DNA from: Escherichia coli 042
GTDB taxonomy: Bacteria > Pseudomonadota > Gammaproteobacteria > Enterobacterales > Enterobacteriaceae
Direction: 5' to 3' (one strand)
Length of the DNA: 64,000 nucleotides
Assembly (NCBI RefSeq): GCF_000027125.1
Contig: NC_017626.1
Shown: piece after piece, positions 63,045 through 64,000 of the stretch
Layout of the letters: the number at the start of each line of letters is the position of its first letter
How positions within the stretch are numbered: the first letter of the stretch is position 1
Position numbers and translations under genes: made by a program
The notes under the pieces: model-generated
The model's database searches: none
Told to the model about the DNA's origin: nothing
What the model saw: the letters and a program-made list of their open reading frames with translations, nothing else

Positions 63045-63625
63045 AATAGAAACTCATTCGAAAAGGGAATGATGCAATGATAATTGCCACAACCTATTTT
63101 TACCATCTATAGATGGGTTTATTTACATATTATTGGTGAATGCAAGACGTTATTTTTACCAGACATAAACTTCTTGATCACATAGTATTGAGAAAGGATT
63201 TTACTGAGAACCAGAAGTAATATTCCTTACCATCAAAATTCATCATCTTTGCCAAAGAAAAATGTTCAGAAAATAATCCATGGAAAATTGTCCGGAGCGC
63301 TTACTATTTTAATGGATTGTTAGTCTTTGCATGAGCAAGCGGACTGATACATTTCTCTTTGTTCTCATTCAGAAAATCTCATCAGTCGGCGTTCAGACCG
63401 GTGTTGTGCTTTATGGATGCGTTACGCTCCTGATGACGTCATTTGACATTCAACAGCATCACGGGGTCGCACGACATTTCACGTCAGTCAGCGCTATAGC
63501 TCAGGAACAAATTTTCCCGAATTGGGATATACCCGCAAAATGCTGGTGTTGTGGGGAGAATTTGGTTGAGTTCGGTAGAAATGATTTTTAGGCAGAACGC
63601 TTAAATTGTGGCGTCCTGAAACGAA

Positions 63626-63651
63626 AAACGGACCTCCGTGGAGGTCCGTTT
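63626..63651 (-). terminator. Intrinsic terminator downstream of the tRNA-Phe (pheU) site
   Basis: 11-bp stem aaacggacctc/gaggtccgttt with 4-nt loop, followed on the minus strand by a U-rich tract (tttcgtttc). Confidence 0.65.
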
Positions 63652-63660
63652 ATATGAATT

Positions 63661-63682
63661 TGGTGCCGGACTCGGAATCGAA
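63661..63682 (-). other. pheU: Truncated 3' end of tRNA-Phe (pheU) without the rest of the gene: probable att-site direct repeat
   Basis: tggtgccggactcggaatcgaa is the reverse complement of the tRNA-Phe 3' end (..TTCGATTCCGAGTCCGG-CACCA) with one C missing; sequence beyond 63682 does not continue the tRNA. Confidence 0.7.
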
Positions 63683-64000
63683 AATTTCTTTTATCATATT
63701 GATATTAATATAATTTATTTGGTTTGATTAAAAATGTACCCTCAATTATACCCGCAGTCCCTTTTGATATCGAAAGGGAATCACACTCGGGATCAGGCTG
63801 AGAGCACAGAAGGAAAGTACCTGGCTATTATATCGTTAATTCTGTCAATCAGTTCCAGCCTTTTGAAAGTGATGTGTGCAGATCCCTTCTTAAAGTATTT
63901 AATGATGAACATCTCGTCTTCATAGCGCTCTTTACCCTGAACGGACTGGATGTGACCATCCAGACGAATAGTGATGTTTTCCCGGTTGTCGGGGATCGGT
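63683..64000. mobile_element. Distal end of a probable genomic island integrated at the tRNA-Phe att site (continues beyond window)
   Basis: Abrupt change to AT-rich sequence immediately after the tRNA 3'-end fragment; contains the 3' end of a minus-strand ORF. Confidence 0.5.
63793..63999 (-). CDS. C-terminal 68 codons of a hypothetical island protein (start beyond window end)
   Basis: Open minus-strand frame from the window edge to a TGA (complement of 63793-63795): ...ENITIRLDGHIQSVQGKERYEDEMFIIKYFKKGSAHITFKRLELIDRINDIIARYFPSVLSA; no identity assigned. Confidence 0.45.
   Translation of the reverse strand, partial: PIPDNRENITIRLDGHIQSVQGKERYEDEMFIIKYFKKGSAHITFKRLELIDRINDIIARYFPSVLSA

Noticed and set aside
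63331-63591. 86-aa ORF between cadC and the tRNA-Phe fragment
   Set aside because: No Shine-Dalgarno before the ATG, unremarkable composition, and it lies in the AT-rich cadC upstream region; probably non-coding.
1-64000. Search for a planted or novel multi-gene system (defence island, secretion system, biosynthetic cluster)
   Set aside because: Every ORF longer than about 250 bp that is not antisense to a known gene maps to a recognisable E. coli gene; the only candidate foreign DNA is the last 320 bp past the tRNA-Phe fragment, too short to characterise.

Overview
This window reads as Escherichia coli core chromosome (the K-12 ~92-94 min region), almost gene-for-gene recognisable from the translated ORFs. 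In order it carries: the nrfB tail and nrfCDEFG (formate-dependent nitrite reductase accessory genes), gltP, a REP/BIME cluster, yjcO, the selenoprotein gene fdhF, mdtPON with ytcA, yjcS, a degenerate rpiB remnant, yjdP, the complete C-P lyase operon phnCDEFGHIJKLMNOP, yjdN, yjdM, crfC, yjcZ, proP, pmrR, basSR-eptA, the arginine acid-resistance genes adiC-adiY-adiA, melR-melA, yjdF, fumB, dcuB, dcuSR, yjdI, yjdJ, ghoST, lysU, dtpC, cadBA and cadC, ending in a truncated tRNA-Phe 3' end followed by AT-rich foreign DNA. I did not find a convincing previously undescribed system; I saw no CRISPR array, IS element, transposase, integrase, rRNA or intact tRNA. The signals most worth a second look are strain-specific structural differences from K-12 as I recall it: (1) the als operon is absent and rpiB is reduced to a remnant, (2) melB is missing, with melA abutting yjdF, and (3) an apparent genomic-island boundary at the pheU att site at the window end. 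Known but easily missed features include the fdhF UGA-Sec codon with its SECIS, the 29-codon pmrR, the 57-codon toxin gene ghoT, PmrA, PhoB and MelR operator sites, and GC-rich palindromic repeats inside the phn operon. All gene identities rest on my recognition of the protein sequences, not on a database search.
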